A DNA stretch of 64,000 bases from Lama guanicoe (taxonomy: Eukaryota). Location: assembly GCA_013239625.1 (NCBI GenBank), contig MU054096.1, positions 533,098-597,097 on the forward strand. The letters are read 5' to 3'. Shown here piece after piece: positions 48,676 through 60,439 of this stretch. Both the position numbers and the translations under genes were made by a program. The notes under the pieces were generated by a model. It was not told where the DNA came from, ran no database searches, and saw only the letters and a list, made by a program, of their open reading frames with translations. Each line of letters opens with the position of its first letter. The first letter of the stretch is position 1.

Positions 48676-51487
48676 AAGACTTTAGTCACTCTGAACCTGT
48701 TCCCTTATCTATAAAATTAGACTAAAAATACCTCCCACCCAGACCTGGTGTGAGGATTAAGTGTAATAATGGATTTTAAAACAGTGAGAAAAGACATTGT
48801 GCAGATGTGGAGGTTGTCGTAACCCAGCAGGAGAAAGGCTGTGTGCCTGTTATGCCGACTGGGTCGTCTCCCGAGACCTGGACTCCATGTGCTCACAGGC
48901 AGGAAGTGAGTTTCCTAACCAAATGTGCCCCTTCCTCTCCCCCTGGCTGGTCCTGCCAGCCCCATCCAAGGTGACACCAACAGTGATTGTGCAGTGAGAT
49001 GGAGTCTAAATGTGGTGCCTTCTCCCTATTTGGAAGCTTGATCTTGAACTCACTCCACATCTCCCAATTCCCACCCCTCCATCCCCACCCACCAACTTGG
49101 TTTAGTCCTTCTTGTGTTAAGTCATACCCATCAGATGCAACTGCCCAAATACCCTACTGTGAACTCTCCAGTCATATCCTGGACCATCTTGGTTTGCTCT
49201 GAGGAAAATCACAGCACCAAACTCCTGTGTCTATGAGATTTACTTGTCAAGAGTTCTAGTATAATCTGGTACTGTCTACTTTTAACATCTCGGCCTTTCT
49301 CAACATCAAAATGTTTTCAAGAACTTATCCTCTTTATATGCTGATCTACCAGTGGTATATTCTAAATAATAGTAAGGATCCAGAAACTAAATCCTGCCTG
49401 GTCATGATGGAAAGATTTTGAACAGAGAGACAAGGACAATAAAGCAATACCTTCGTAATGTTCATTTACATTTTGTGTTTGTTAAAATCTACTTGCTTGG
49501 TAGATTTTTCATATTTCATAAAGATGTTTCTATGTCACTCAAGATCTGTTTTCCTAACTTAATCATATTTGAGTGTGCAGAAGAAATGGCATTCTCCACG
49601 GACTTGAATGCAACAGTAACTACAGAAGATGGAGATGTTTTATTTCAAAAAATTTACCAAATACAATTAATATAAACTCTGAGGGGAAAAAAAAACAATA
49701 GCCAGAGGGATGATTCATGGTTCTAACAGTATTTGTTGAGTTCAGACCACAGAAGAGTGGAGACCTAAGAGTGAGCAAAGATTCACATGTTTCTGCTCTC
49801 AGAGATTAAGGGCTGTTTGCTACTTATTGTAAATGAGGACACTGTGGATTATAAGTGAAAACCCAGAAAATCAGAAGTCTTGGCATTCAGGGGACACACA
49901 CATGTGCAGCTCTATATACAAATCCATTGCGGTCAGTGTGTAGGGCATAACTTCTAGAAATGATTTTTTTATTGTCACTTCTAGCCAAATATTGATGCTT
50001 GAATTCAAAATATCCATTGCAAAGTAGACAAAAACAATACCGCTGGTATAGTCACCTGCAACGTAGCATGTTTTTAGTATTTTGATTTATGTTATTAGAT
50101 ATAAACTTAATGGCCAGTATTAGGATGACCACAAGCCACAGCGCAGATGCAGACTGGTGTCCATCGACAATGCACCCACGCAGGCAACTTCCTTGGCAGG
50201 GACTAAGCCCTGTGCACGCCTGCCTGGTCTAAAAGAGTCTAACTCTGCTTCCTGAGGTATGTACTTTGCAATCAAGCCCCAGGAAATACTTCAAAAAAAG
50301 CTCCCTGACCAAAACTAAAGAAAAAGCTTCACACATAGGACAGCACATGAAGGACCTGAGAATTCCTGCAACAAAACAAAACAAAACTATTTGCTGTGTC
50401 ACCCAGGTCTCCCACATTCATTTCACCATTGAACCAAAACAAATGTGAAATATCCTGCAAAAAAGATTTCAGGGAAGATATTTTTGGAAAACTCTGGTTT
50501 AACTTATGCACATCCTACTCTGTTAGGTGTTTTTGTTTTTTATTTTATTTTTTGTTTTGGTCATCAGAGGAACTTTATAAACGTATAGAGTTGTTCTAAG
50601 TTCATTCTGATCAGTTCTGTCATCTGCTGAACTGAGTAGCAAAATTCTATTGTGTCTTTTAAAAGAGAAAGCAATTCAGATAAGAGCAGTGGCTCTTAAC
50701 CAGCAGAAGCAGCCCCAGAATGACTCCACTGGACGTGCACAGGGCGGGCAAAGGACTCATCTCGCAGGCGGACACATGATTCGGCATCTTATCTTCATTT
50801 TACATTGATTTTCCTGGTGTTTGTCTTGGCTTTGCAATCTCAGATACATGTCTAATTTTCCAAGATTGCCCGCAGTGGCGTTCCATCCCCAGAGATTGTT
50901 TTTTATTAGTCTCTTAAGCAAGTTATACAATTCCAGTCACCTCTCCCTGTCCACCCATCTGCTGGTTTTTGCTTTTCTTCCTCTCTGCTGGGTTCGGTGT
51001 CGAAATCCTCTTGGCCTCCTCTCTCCCCTCCCCGTCCACTCCCCTAAACTCTCCCCCACCGTTCTGTCTATCCTCTCTGTCAGGGTCCAGGGGCCCCTTC
51101 TGTTCAGATGGCTCCGGGCCCACCTGTACCGGCCCCATCTGTCAGCAAAGCCGCCCCAGCAGCCCGCAAACCTGGTGGAGGAAATTCTCCTCTGAAGAAT
51201 TGACGTCACTAGGTGTTCTCCTGAGAGTTGTGCCCTGAAAAATCAGCTACGTTGAGGAAGAATAAAGGGCATTTCAGCACGGAGTAGAGGCGTTCACTTT
51301 GCTGGCATTAATAAAATACTTCTCCCACACAGTATTCGCTTCACTCCTCCATCTGAATGTTATTAACATCGACCAGAAAAATTAAAGGGAAATAGGAATT
51401 GAAAGAGAGAAGATCTTCAGCCTAACTAGAAAGGTTAACATATTTATATTTTAATGCATAAGATCAAGTGGATAAAATCTCTTTTCT

Positions 51488-51603
51488 TTTTTTTTTTAAT
51501 TGAAGTATAGTCAGTTACAACATGTCAGTTACAGTGTGTCAATTTCTGGTGTCCAGCATCATGTTTCAATCATACATATACATATGTACATTTGCTTTCC
51601 TGT
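51488..51603 (-). mobile_element. Short young L1 3' end
   Basis: 17-bp TSD gataaaatct(c/a)ttttct (51471-51487, 51604-51620). Confidence 0.9.
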
Positions 51604-52987
51604 GATAAAATCTATTTTCTAAACCTAACATGTTTGCTCATTCTTCCCAAGTACTGCAGGATCTTATTTGGACGATCTCATTATGTCTTAGCTCCTTGGC
51701 CCTATTTGTTAAAAAGAAGTCAAGGAATCCTATCCCAGAGGAAGCATTTCCTTGAAAGAAAATCTATCCCTAATATTTAAAATCCCTGGTCTCCTCTCAA
51801 ATATACAGAATGAAAACAAAACAAAACAAAACAGAAGGTCTACAATTGAAGACTAGAGGAAGGCTGGACTGTTTTTTTCCTCTCTGACATTTAATTCGTA
51901 TTCAGCCCAGATTTATGTGTTGATTTAGAGCCTGAAATGCCAAGAGGAGAACAGGATGAGAGTGGCCAGCCACGGTGGGGAAGGTTTGGTGCCAGGACTG
52001 AACAGCTCTAAAAAAATGTCCAAAGCCCCTGAAATCCATACATTAGAACCCTTGGTGTCCACGTCGGCCTCTAGCTTCCAACGCAGCCTGGCCTGCCTCC
52101 CGCGCGAGCGAGGCGCTGCCGCGACCCTGTTTATCTGGCCCCCGCACAACGTTGTCAAGACACATTTCCATTTTCCAAGTGACTGCTGCCACTGGGCCAC
52201 AGTCTGTGCTCATTTCTCGAGTAGCTAAACCCTTTGACACTGTGGTTTTTAATTAAAATTACATTAAAGTTAATCAACCAGAAAGAGGCTGCTGTAGAAG
52301 GCAGGTTTGATTGCAACCTGCAAAGGGCACGGAGGCTGCCAACTTGCTAAACATGTGCCTGCAGATGCCAATCTGCCTGCGTGAGTCCCACGGTTGCAGG
52401 GCCGCTGCCGAGAGGTCAGCTCTGCTCGCGTTTGCCCTGGGACCGTCAGGCGACATCACGAAGGCAGCCGCGTGGCGCAGAGTTAAAAAGCAGACAAGCT
52501 TCTCTGAAGAGCACCAGCCCCACATCTCGGCTGCCGCTCCAGCCACGGATGTGAAATGGTCACATCCCCACCGTTTCATCCCCAGGAGCAGCTGGGCTAA
52601 ACCAGGAGCCATCGGTTTTGTCGTTTTGGGTAGCATATGGGGCTGTGTCGGTTTTGCTCTGCTTTGCAAGGGACAGAGGAAGTATTTTGCAAAGTACATG
52701 ACCCTTGGTAAGGAACTGATTCACTTTCAATAAATGAAGAGATGAATGAGTGAAGGAAAGAGTGCATTCTCAACACAACCATCTAGGCTTTTTTTCTAAA
52801 GCTATAAAACCACCGTCAGTACAGAAAGTCAGCCATCATTTTATCCTGATGGCCAACTCTGACCTGTTGGTAATTGCTGCCTGAATCCCTGTGTTGAGGA
52901 AGATTCTGGAGTGGTATCCAGGTAATCAAGCAGAGAGAGCAATCTCAGTCAAGGGCTCCAATGCTCTCCTCATTCTAAGGCTCTGTG

Positions 52988-53042
52988 GGTCCTGGGTTCA
53001 ACCCCCAGTATCTCCATCAAAAAAAAAGAAAAGAAGAAGTAA
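52988..53042 (+). mobile_element. 5'-truncated Vic-1-like SINE
   Basis: B-box half only (ggtcctgggttcaacccccagtatctcca) plus A tail; 13-bp TSD ctaaggc(t/a)ctgtg. Confidence 0.85.
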
Positions 53043-53549
53043 CTAAGGCACTGTGCTTAAGTAAACTGACAAAGCCTCTTCAGGTGCTTTATGAGGGAAG
53101 AAAGAACTTTTTCGAGGAAAAGTAACTAACTTTACTGAGTCACAAACTCTCACTAAAAGCTGGCAAAAATGTTATGTAACAGATCCCTGAGTTGTTTCCT
53201 GAGTCCACCAGCTGATTCTGCTCCAACCACTGGTCCTGTAATTGGTACCGTTGTCCTGCATGGGGTCTGCCCAGGGTGCTCTGCTCAGTGGCAAGTTTCT
53301 TGAGACAGGTGCCCCCCAGGTGCCATGTACATTCAAGCTGTGAACATTAATGGCTGGCAAAGTGTCTCCCTATAAAAACAAAATTTTATTCAAGAAGTTA
53401 ATTCTGTTTTCCACAAGGAGATCTAAGGGCAAGACTGCTAGGTTCTTTAAATAATTTCTCTTCTCTAACAAAAGGAGAAATAACCTTGCAATGTGTTCTT
53501 TTTGCTTCTCTGACCAGCTTACTATTTCCTTTCTTTGAATGTAACCATG

Positions 53550-53812
53550 ATGACTGGAGCGACCGCAGCCATACTGTGACCACGAGGCTCAAGCACAAAG
53601 CCAGAAAAAAAACCCAAAAATAAATTCGGAGAATGAGAAAACAGAAGGATGGAAAATAACTTGGGACTTTAAAGACATTTTTTTAACTACTGCCCTAAAA
53701 CTGGAATCTCTAGATTCCCAGCTACATGAAATAACTAAATGTCATAGTACAGAAGCTACAGTTAGCTGGGGAATCTTTTACTTGCAGCTAAAAGCTTTCT
53801 AATTGATATAAT
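53550..53812 (+). mobile_element. Old MLT1-like LTR fragment
   Basis: gcagccatactgtgaccacgagg...tttacttgcagctaaaagctttctaattgata. Confidence 0.55.
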
Positions 53813-54927
53813 AGTCTTGCTTTCCAATGTAGAGAATAAAAACCTCCCAATCCCAAGGTCTATTTCATTCCTTCCACTTTAACATTCCAATCATGCTACA
53901 TGATTTGTATTCATACTACATCAAAGTCTGTCTATTCTTTGTAGACATCTTTGGTAGGGAAACACATCAAAGGTTAGCTTTTCTTGCCTGGGCAGATTTT
54001 TGGAGTAACATCTCTCTATAGGCCTCTGTCAGACCTCCACAAAACTTTTCCCTGTCAATACTCTTGTAGCTTTAAATCAGACAGGATTGGCCCCTAGAAT
54101 GCAATTTTCCCATGAGAAAGTGAACACTTGTTTGGCGTCTGCACCGATCAGATCATTCCCCGAACTTTGGGAAAGGCAGTAAACAGGCTGATTAGGTGAG
54201 CAGGCTGAGATCCATAAGGAAGAAAAGAAAGATAAGGTTGAGGCTGCCACCAGCAACCTCTGCCAGCCCCGTGAAAGGTCTGAAGTCCCGACTACTCACA
54301 TACATCCCACCATAGAAGTGTCTGGAAAGCTGGCCAGTTCTGCCACCTACACTGACAGACTGAATTTTAAAATATCCATCTACATGCTTTTCACAAGAGA
54401 TATCTCTAGGGGATAAAGAGCACAGAAAAATTGAAAGTAAAAGAGTGTTAAAACACAGACCACACAGATACTAAGAATAAGAAAGTGGAAATCGCTATGA
54501 GACAGGAGGTTAAATTGGAAATTCAGCCGGATGCTCAGATGTGATCAGTAGCCGATACCCCGCGGACACCTAGGAGGTGCCTGCACTTGCTCCACTGACT
54601 GGAGCAAAGGGTGTTTGTGCTTTGGGGTGGTCCTTCCCAGACCTTCCTGGAAGAGACCCGATGCTCACTCAGCTGGCTGAGGAGGGGAGAAGGAACACAG
54701 AAGCCGCCAGCCTTTCCGCCCTAAAGAGCCGGCCTATCTGCTCCCGTCTGGGCTGTTGAGGTGGAGGGAACAGGGAAAACTCTTTGTTTTTGATGAAAAC
54801 TGAGAGGCAGATTAAAGTATTGATTAATGCTGTAAAATAAAACACAATGAAACAAGAAAACCACTATGATACTATAAATAGTCTCAAAACATTCAATAGT
54901 AGAAAATACGGGTTGCATCACTGGAAT

Positions 54928-55449
54928 TGTTACCGAGTCCAAACTCGTTCTGCTCGCCGTACAACAGGCCAATAAATCAGGAGACGAGGTATTGAGGCAA
55001 GGACTAGTGACTTTATTTGGAAAGCTGGCAGACTGAGAAGACGGGGGACTGACGTCCTGGAGAATTATCTTCCCCAAGTCAGAATGCAGGCTCCTTTTAC
55101 ACTAAAAGGGGAAGTGGGTGTAGTCGGTTGTTGCAGACTTCTTGGTGTAGGAATCCTTTGTTCTTGCAGCTGTCCACATAGGTCAGGTCCGGATGTTCCT
55201 GTAAACCTTCAACAAGACAAAGGTTATTTTCTGTTCTGCCAACTTTTTATCTCTATATGAACAGCAAAGTGTTATACCTTTAAAGGTCAGAGCCTTGAGA
55301 ATGGGCCATCCTGTATATTTCAGGCTCTGAGGCAACATTATTTTACAAAAGCTGCAGAACCAGCGTGACTGAGCACAGGAAACAGAGCACAGGGTTAGAG
55401 CCATAGGAACAGATCTAATACGAAGTCAACTTTGTTCTTCCCTATCACG
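54928..55449 (-). mobile_element. ERV1-class solo LTR (cetartiodactyl MER41/LTR39-like)
   Basis: tgttaccgagtccaaactcg...; right terminus CG (decayed CA); TSD gaat / ggat; minus-strand AATAAA near 55012. Confidence 0.85.
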
Positions 55450-56068
55450 GGATGTGAATCATATGACGAGGGTGAGGCTGCCCACTAAACTGTCGAAAGA
55501 CCTATGGATCTGTGTCACGTCTGAATTTGCGGTACTGCACAGCACTTGTGGGGTGTCACGGTCGGGATGTTGGAGAACAGTGGGTGCTAAGACAGAATGT
55601 GGGACACAAGGTGGTTATTAGAGTCATGATCCACATGTGCAAAGGCGATGGGAGTGGGCAGCAAAGCTGCCAGGTGCTCAGGCTGTCAGCACTGTCCCAC
55701 GTTGAGCCTGCGGAGCAAAACCCCACTCGGTCACGGGGTGCAGGTGGCCCCAAAAGGGTGTGAGCTCAGTCCAGCCGGCTCTCTGCTGCTAGACCCGCCC
55801 TGCAGCCACTGCCAGCTGGAGGCAAACCTGGCACCATTGACTCTTGACTGCACTGTTCGGCCGTGATGGTCTCTGACCTCCTGTCTTTATTGGGACAGAC
55901 AAGCCAGCCAAGATCAGTGGCCACTGACTGTTGTTTACAAGGCCCAACTGAATCTGCTGGAGCAGGGACCACATCCAGCATGATGGCTGCGGTCAGAGCT
56001 CATCCTTGAGTGTGCTAATAAGCATACAGAGAATCCTAAACCCAGTGATTAATTAAGAAGTACACGTT

Positions 56069-56173
56069 GGGGGAGGGTATAACTCAGCAGCAGAGCGCAG
56101 GCTTAGCATGCACGAGGTCCTGGGTTCAATCCATGGTACCTCCATTAAAAAAACAGAAAAAAAAATCTTTTTA
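56069..56173 (+). mobile_element. tRNA-Ala-derived SINE (Vic-1-like)
   Basis: ggggagggtataactcagcagcagagcgcaggcttagcatgcacgaggtcctgggttcaatcc; TSD aagtacac(g/a)t. Confidence 0.9.
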
Positions 56174-56519
56174 AAGTACACATGACAGATAAAAAATTCA
56201 GGACAATTCATTACCTGCTGACCTTAAAAACAAGTCTCAACATTTTTTGATAACCAAGTCGAAGACAGATCATGTTCTCAGCCACAATGCACAAGCAGTT
56301 AAAATGTGAAAGATGGTTTTTTAATCTAAAAAGGCAACATATTTGCAAAATAAGAAATACACGTCTAAGTAAGCCATGAGACAGAGAAGAAACCACAGTG
56401 GAAATTAGACGGGCCGTTACGGTCCATCCTAAGCCAATGCCTTTATATCAAAAATGAGGAAAGTGAGACCCAGGGTGGTTAAAAGGTTGCTCTCCATAGC
56501 ACTGCGTGTCGGTACGAAT

Positions 56520-56725
56520 TAGAGACCAGCAGAGTGTGGTTGAGAGCACAGGGCTTGGGAGTACAGGCTAGGGGTCAGACTAGTTCTAACCCTCTGTCAT
56601 TTACTAGCTGTGTGACCCAGGACAAATGACAATATCTCTCTGAACCTGTGCTTTTGGGTAAGACAGTAATACCTCCTTTGGAGAGTCGTTTTGAGGATAA
56701 ATTGAGATAATGAGGCATGGGAGGG
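56520..56725 (+). mobile_element. MIR
   Basis: gtggttgagagcacagggct...tttactagctgtgtgacccaggacaaatgac...ctctgaacctg. Confidence 0.7.
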
Positions 56726-56972
56726 CGATGTCGAGAAAGAGACTTGTGTTGCCAGAACTTAGCAGACCCTGGAAGTAGGGCATAGTTGCCGGCAACCCAG
56801 ACAGAGCCGGGATTTCAACACAGGTTCAATGAGAGGCGTGTTGGTGCGGGGAAGGCAGTGCAGGCGGCCTGTACCCCTGACACTCAAGGCAACTGCAAAG
56901 ACAAAGAACAGGACAGAACAGAGCAGCCACAGATCCGGTGGCAACAACCCCAGCCCTGCCTGAGGCTCAGAG

Positions 56973-57413
56973 TGCAATAGAAAAGAACAAATCTGACTCC
57001 GTATCAGATCTGTTCCTTTGGCTTTAACCTTGTGCCCTGTTTCCTAGGCTTCGCCTTGCTGGCTCTGCACCTTTTATAAAAGAATGTTGCCTAGAGCCTG
57101 ATATACGGGAGAGTCCATTTTCAAGGCTCTAACCTTTTAAAGATATTAACGCTTTTCAATTCATATAAAGATAACAAGTTGCAGAATAGAAAATAACGTT
57201 TGTTTTGTTGGAGGTTTACAGGGACACCATGATCTGACTCCCATGGACAGCTGCAAGGCCAAAGGAGTCCAAGAACAAAGGATTCCTACACCAAGAAGTT
57301 TGCAACAACCAAGCACACCCCCTCCCCTTTTTAGTGTAAAAGGAGCCTGCATTCTGACTTGGGGAAGATGGTTCTCCAGGACGTCAGCCTCTCATCTTCT
57401 CAGTCTGCCAGCT
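56973..57413 (+). mobile_element. 3'-truncated LTR of the same family as 54928-55449
   Basis: Reverse complement of the upstream LTR (aagaacaaaggattcctacaccaagaag, tagtgtaaaaggagcctgcattctgacttggggaagat); stops before the poly(A) signal. Confidence 0.9.
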
Positions 57414-58519
57414 GGAATGCTACACTGTACCCAGTTTTTATGAAGGTGAGTCTTTTTTTTTGTACTATGTGTTTGGCACAAAGGCAGAGAGGTAGAAATC
57501 CTTACAAGTACAAAAAAGCATGACAAATGTAATTTTCACTTCTAGCACACCAAAAGCTATACTATAAACAAATGTTGAGGATTCCATCAATTATATATCC
57601 ATGAACCAGAATTCCAGAGGCTCATCTTTACATTTCAAATAGCAAACTTTAATCAATTCATTAGTACATTTGAAGTGTCATGAGCAGCCTTATGTTTGGA
57701 GGAACAAATTAAAACACCTTTATTTTTACAGCAGTAAAACATCATGAAATTTCATTTGGATTTTTGCACATTTGTTGAAACCTTCCCCCACTTCACACCT
57801 GTACAAGATAAAAGTTATGGAGTAAGAGTTATATAAAAAAGAAATGCTTATACAACTCTTTTGAGAAACAACAGTAAACTATATTATTGACAGAATCAGC
57901 AACTTAATTAAAAAGTCTGTTCAAGCCAGTGTTAATAAACCTGGCATATTTTCAATTCAGATTGACACTGTTCAAACTGATACTTCTCAGTAATATGGTA
58001 TGTCACAAAATCTGGATGGGAACATTGGCTGTCTAAATTAAGCTTTTATTCCTTGAAAACACTGGAGGCTATTACAGATGCTCTGTGATCAAATTATATT
58101 TTTTCATAACAATATTCTCCTTAGGAAGTCAAGATGAAATAACAGGCTGTGTACTGTTCACAATCTAGCTAGAGAAAAAATCACCAACACACAGTTGTCC
58201 ATGATATTAAAGTTTTAAATAAATAAACAAAATTACCTTGTTCAGGATGGGTATGTGTACTCTATGGATTTCAAACTTGAAATACTAGCAAATATTTATT
58301 GAGTTCCTGTTATGTGCCAGGTACCTCTGTAGAAGTCAAGAGTCTGGAATAAGATGTAGTTTTGAGTAGTTTACATCCTAGTGATTTTATTACCAGAATT
58401 TAATGAGTCTTATTAAACAGAAGTGACACAACAGCCTCTTAAAAAGCTATGATGATCTAAAATAAAATTTCTGATAAAGGTTCAACTGTTCCTAAAAAGC
58501 CACATCAGAGGAAACCATA

Positions 58520-58880
58520 TGTCAGTAAGTGGATGTTCAATTTTGTCAAATGCTTTTTCTGCAAGTTTTGAGATGATGGTTATCCTTGGTTTTGTTAATG
58601 TGTCTACGTTGAGAAACAAAAAACAAAAGTCCCAAATGAACAACCTAACTTTCCATGTAAATGTCCCACTGGTTTTCAAACCAACTAAGGCGGTTCCGTC
58701 TTCCCAGTGCCAGACCTCAGGGCTGGGGTGCCCAATGTGGGGCTCGAACCCTTAGCTCCCAAGGAATATTTGTGAGCTTGTGATATCCCCCTCTTTTCTG
58801 AGTCAGCTGCCAGGGGGGTGGATCCCAACTAGATGGCTTCTTCTTCCCTCCTACCAGACTCCAAGTAGTTTGTTCTTTGT
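58520..58880. mobile_element. Composite L1-related fragments
   Basis: Antisense RT remnant (IISKLAEKAFDKIEHP), a short sense piece, and an L1 5'-region-like segment (ggggtgcccaatgtggggctcgaaccc). Confidence 0.55.
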
Positions 58881-59149
58881 AAGTAAAAGAGACATATAAA
58901 AAGAGAAAGACCTTTGTTCTACAGACCGGTGACAGTGAAGGGCTTACAACATTCTGTGATACTGTACAGTGAAATGCTTCATTTTTGTTAATTCTAAGGT
59001 TGAAATTAGTCACCTATAAACTAGAAATGCATCAGGAAGAAGAGAAAGAAATGGATTGGGGTAAAACATTGTTGGAAGAAAGAAAAAAAATCAACCAGTG
59101 ACTTCCAATAAGTTCGACAGTTGAGTCAATAGGTTGTTCCATTATCAAT

Positions 59150-59825
59150 TTCCTGGTTTAGATAAACATTCCGAATGCAAGACACACAAAGTGATACCTA
59201 TAGCAGAGGAAATCAGATATAGAAAAAAGCTAATGTAGTTATCATATTTGTGAAATTTAGCATTGATACGATATTATCTAAACCACAGTCAACATCCTAA
59301 TTTCAGCAATTGTCTCAATAATGTCCTTTACAGTGATTTTTTTTTTCTGGTTCAGTATCCAATCCAAAATTACACATTGCATTTAAATGTTAGCTCTCTT
59401 AGGGCTCCTTTGATCTGGAACAGTTCCTCAGCTTTTCTTTTTCTTTCGTGATATTGACCTGTTTAAGATTACAAGCCATTTTTTTTGCAGAGCATACTCA
59501 ATTTTGGCTTGACTGGTGTTTTTCATGAACAAATTCAAGTTATGCGTTTTGAGGAGGATTTTGTCATTCTTAATGCATCACAGAAGGGACACATGATGTG
59601 AGCTTGAAAATCATCACTTTGTAACTATCATCTTAATAACTGATCCAGGCAAGAATTATCATTGGAGACTAAGTCAGTGAGTAAAACTTTGATGAGGAAC
59701 AGAATAGTTACATGGTCACAAAGCATCTCCCTATAAATACTTATTAATATTACCAAAGGATAAATAGTAGCTTTGCAATGGAAAAAGTTGCTGGATACCA
59801 CCTTAACAAAATGATCCGAACCATG
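59150..59825. mobile_element. L1MC4-like fragments
   Basis: cagtatccaatccaaaattacacattgcatttaa...tgatctggaacagttcctcagc; gaaaatcatcactttgtaactatca. Confidence 0.55.
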
Positions 59826-60142
59826 TACCCTTAAAGATAATTAAGTACACAGGGGAGTCCTTAAATATGTTTCTTATTTTATTTTCTATCACCTGCATGG
59901 AAAACTACATACAAAAATAAAAACTAAGAAAAAATAATGAGACAAAATACAGCACCAAAGAAATAGCATCTTCCTTTCACTTAAATCCTAAGTAAATGGG
60001 TCTTATAAGTTGAGATACTTCCGCACTGAGTCTCTGGACTAACAAAGGAATCAGTACCCAAAAGCCTGCCCAATAGATTTATCAACAAGATAGAGCATGA
60101 CTATGATTCCTGAATTACTCACGTATAGTAATAATTCTAGAG

Positions 60143-60372
60143 GCTCCCGGCGCACAGGCAGCACGGGCAGCACGGGCAGCACGGCCATCCCAGCGCACAA
60201 GCGTGCAACGCGGCCGTCCCGGCGTGCAGCGCGGCCTTCCCAGCGTGCAGCGCGGCCTTCCCAGTGTGCAGCGCGGCCTTCCCGGCGTGCAGCGCGGCCA
60301 CCCCGGTGTGCAGGCGTGCAGCGCGGCCTTCCCGGCGTGCAGCGCGGCCGTCCCGGCGTGCAGTGCGCGCGT
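60143..60372. repeat. CpG-rich minisatellite (21-bp unit gcgtgcagcgcggccttcccg, about 8 copies) preceded by ggcagcacg x3
   Basis: Directly visible; it explains the 7-aa periodicity of the overlapping ORFs. Confidence 0.95.
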
Positions 60373-60439
60373 CGGGCAAAGGCAGCCGTTAGGCGCTCAG
60401 CCCAGAAGGCCGAAGCGTTGGCAGCGTAGCCTGGAGCTT

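Noticed and set aside
55806..55824. CTCF-like motif gccagctggaggca
   Set aside because: Partial match of a kind expected by chance in 64 kb; cannot be supported without motif scoring or ChIP data.
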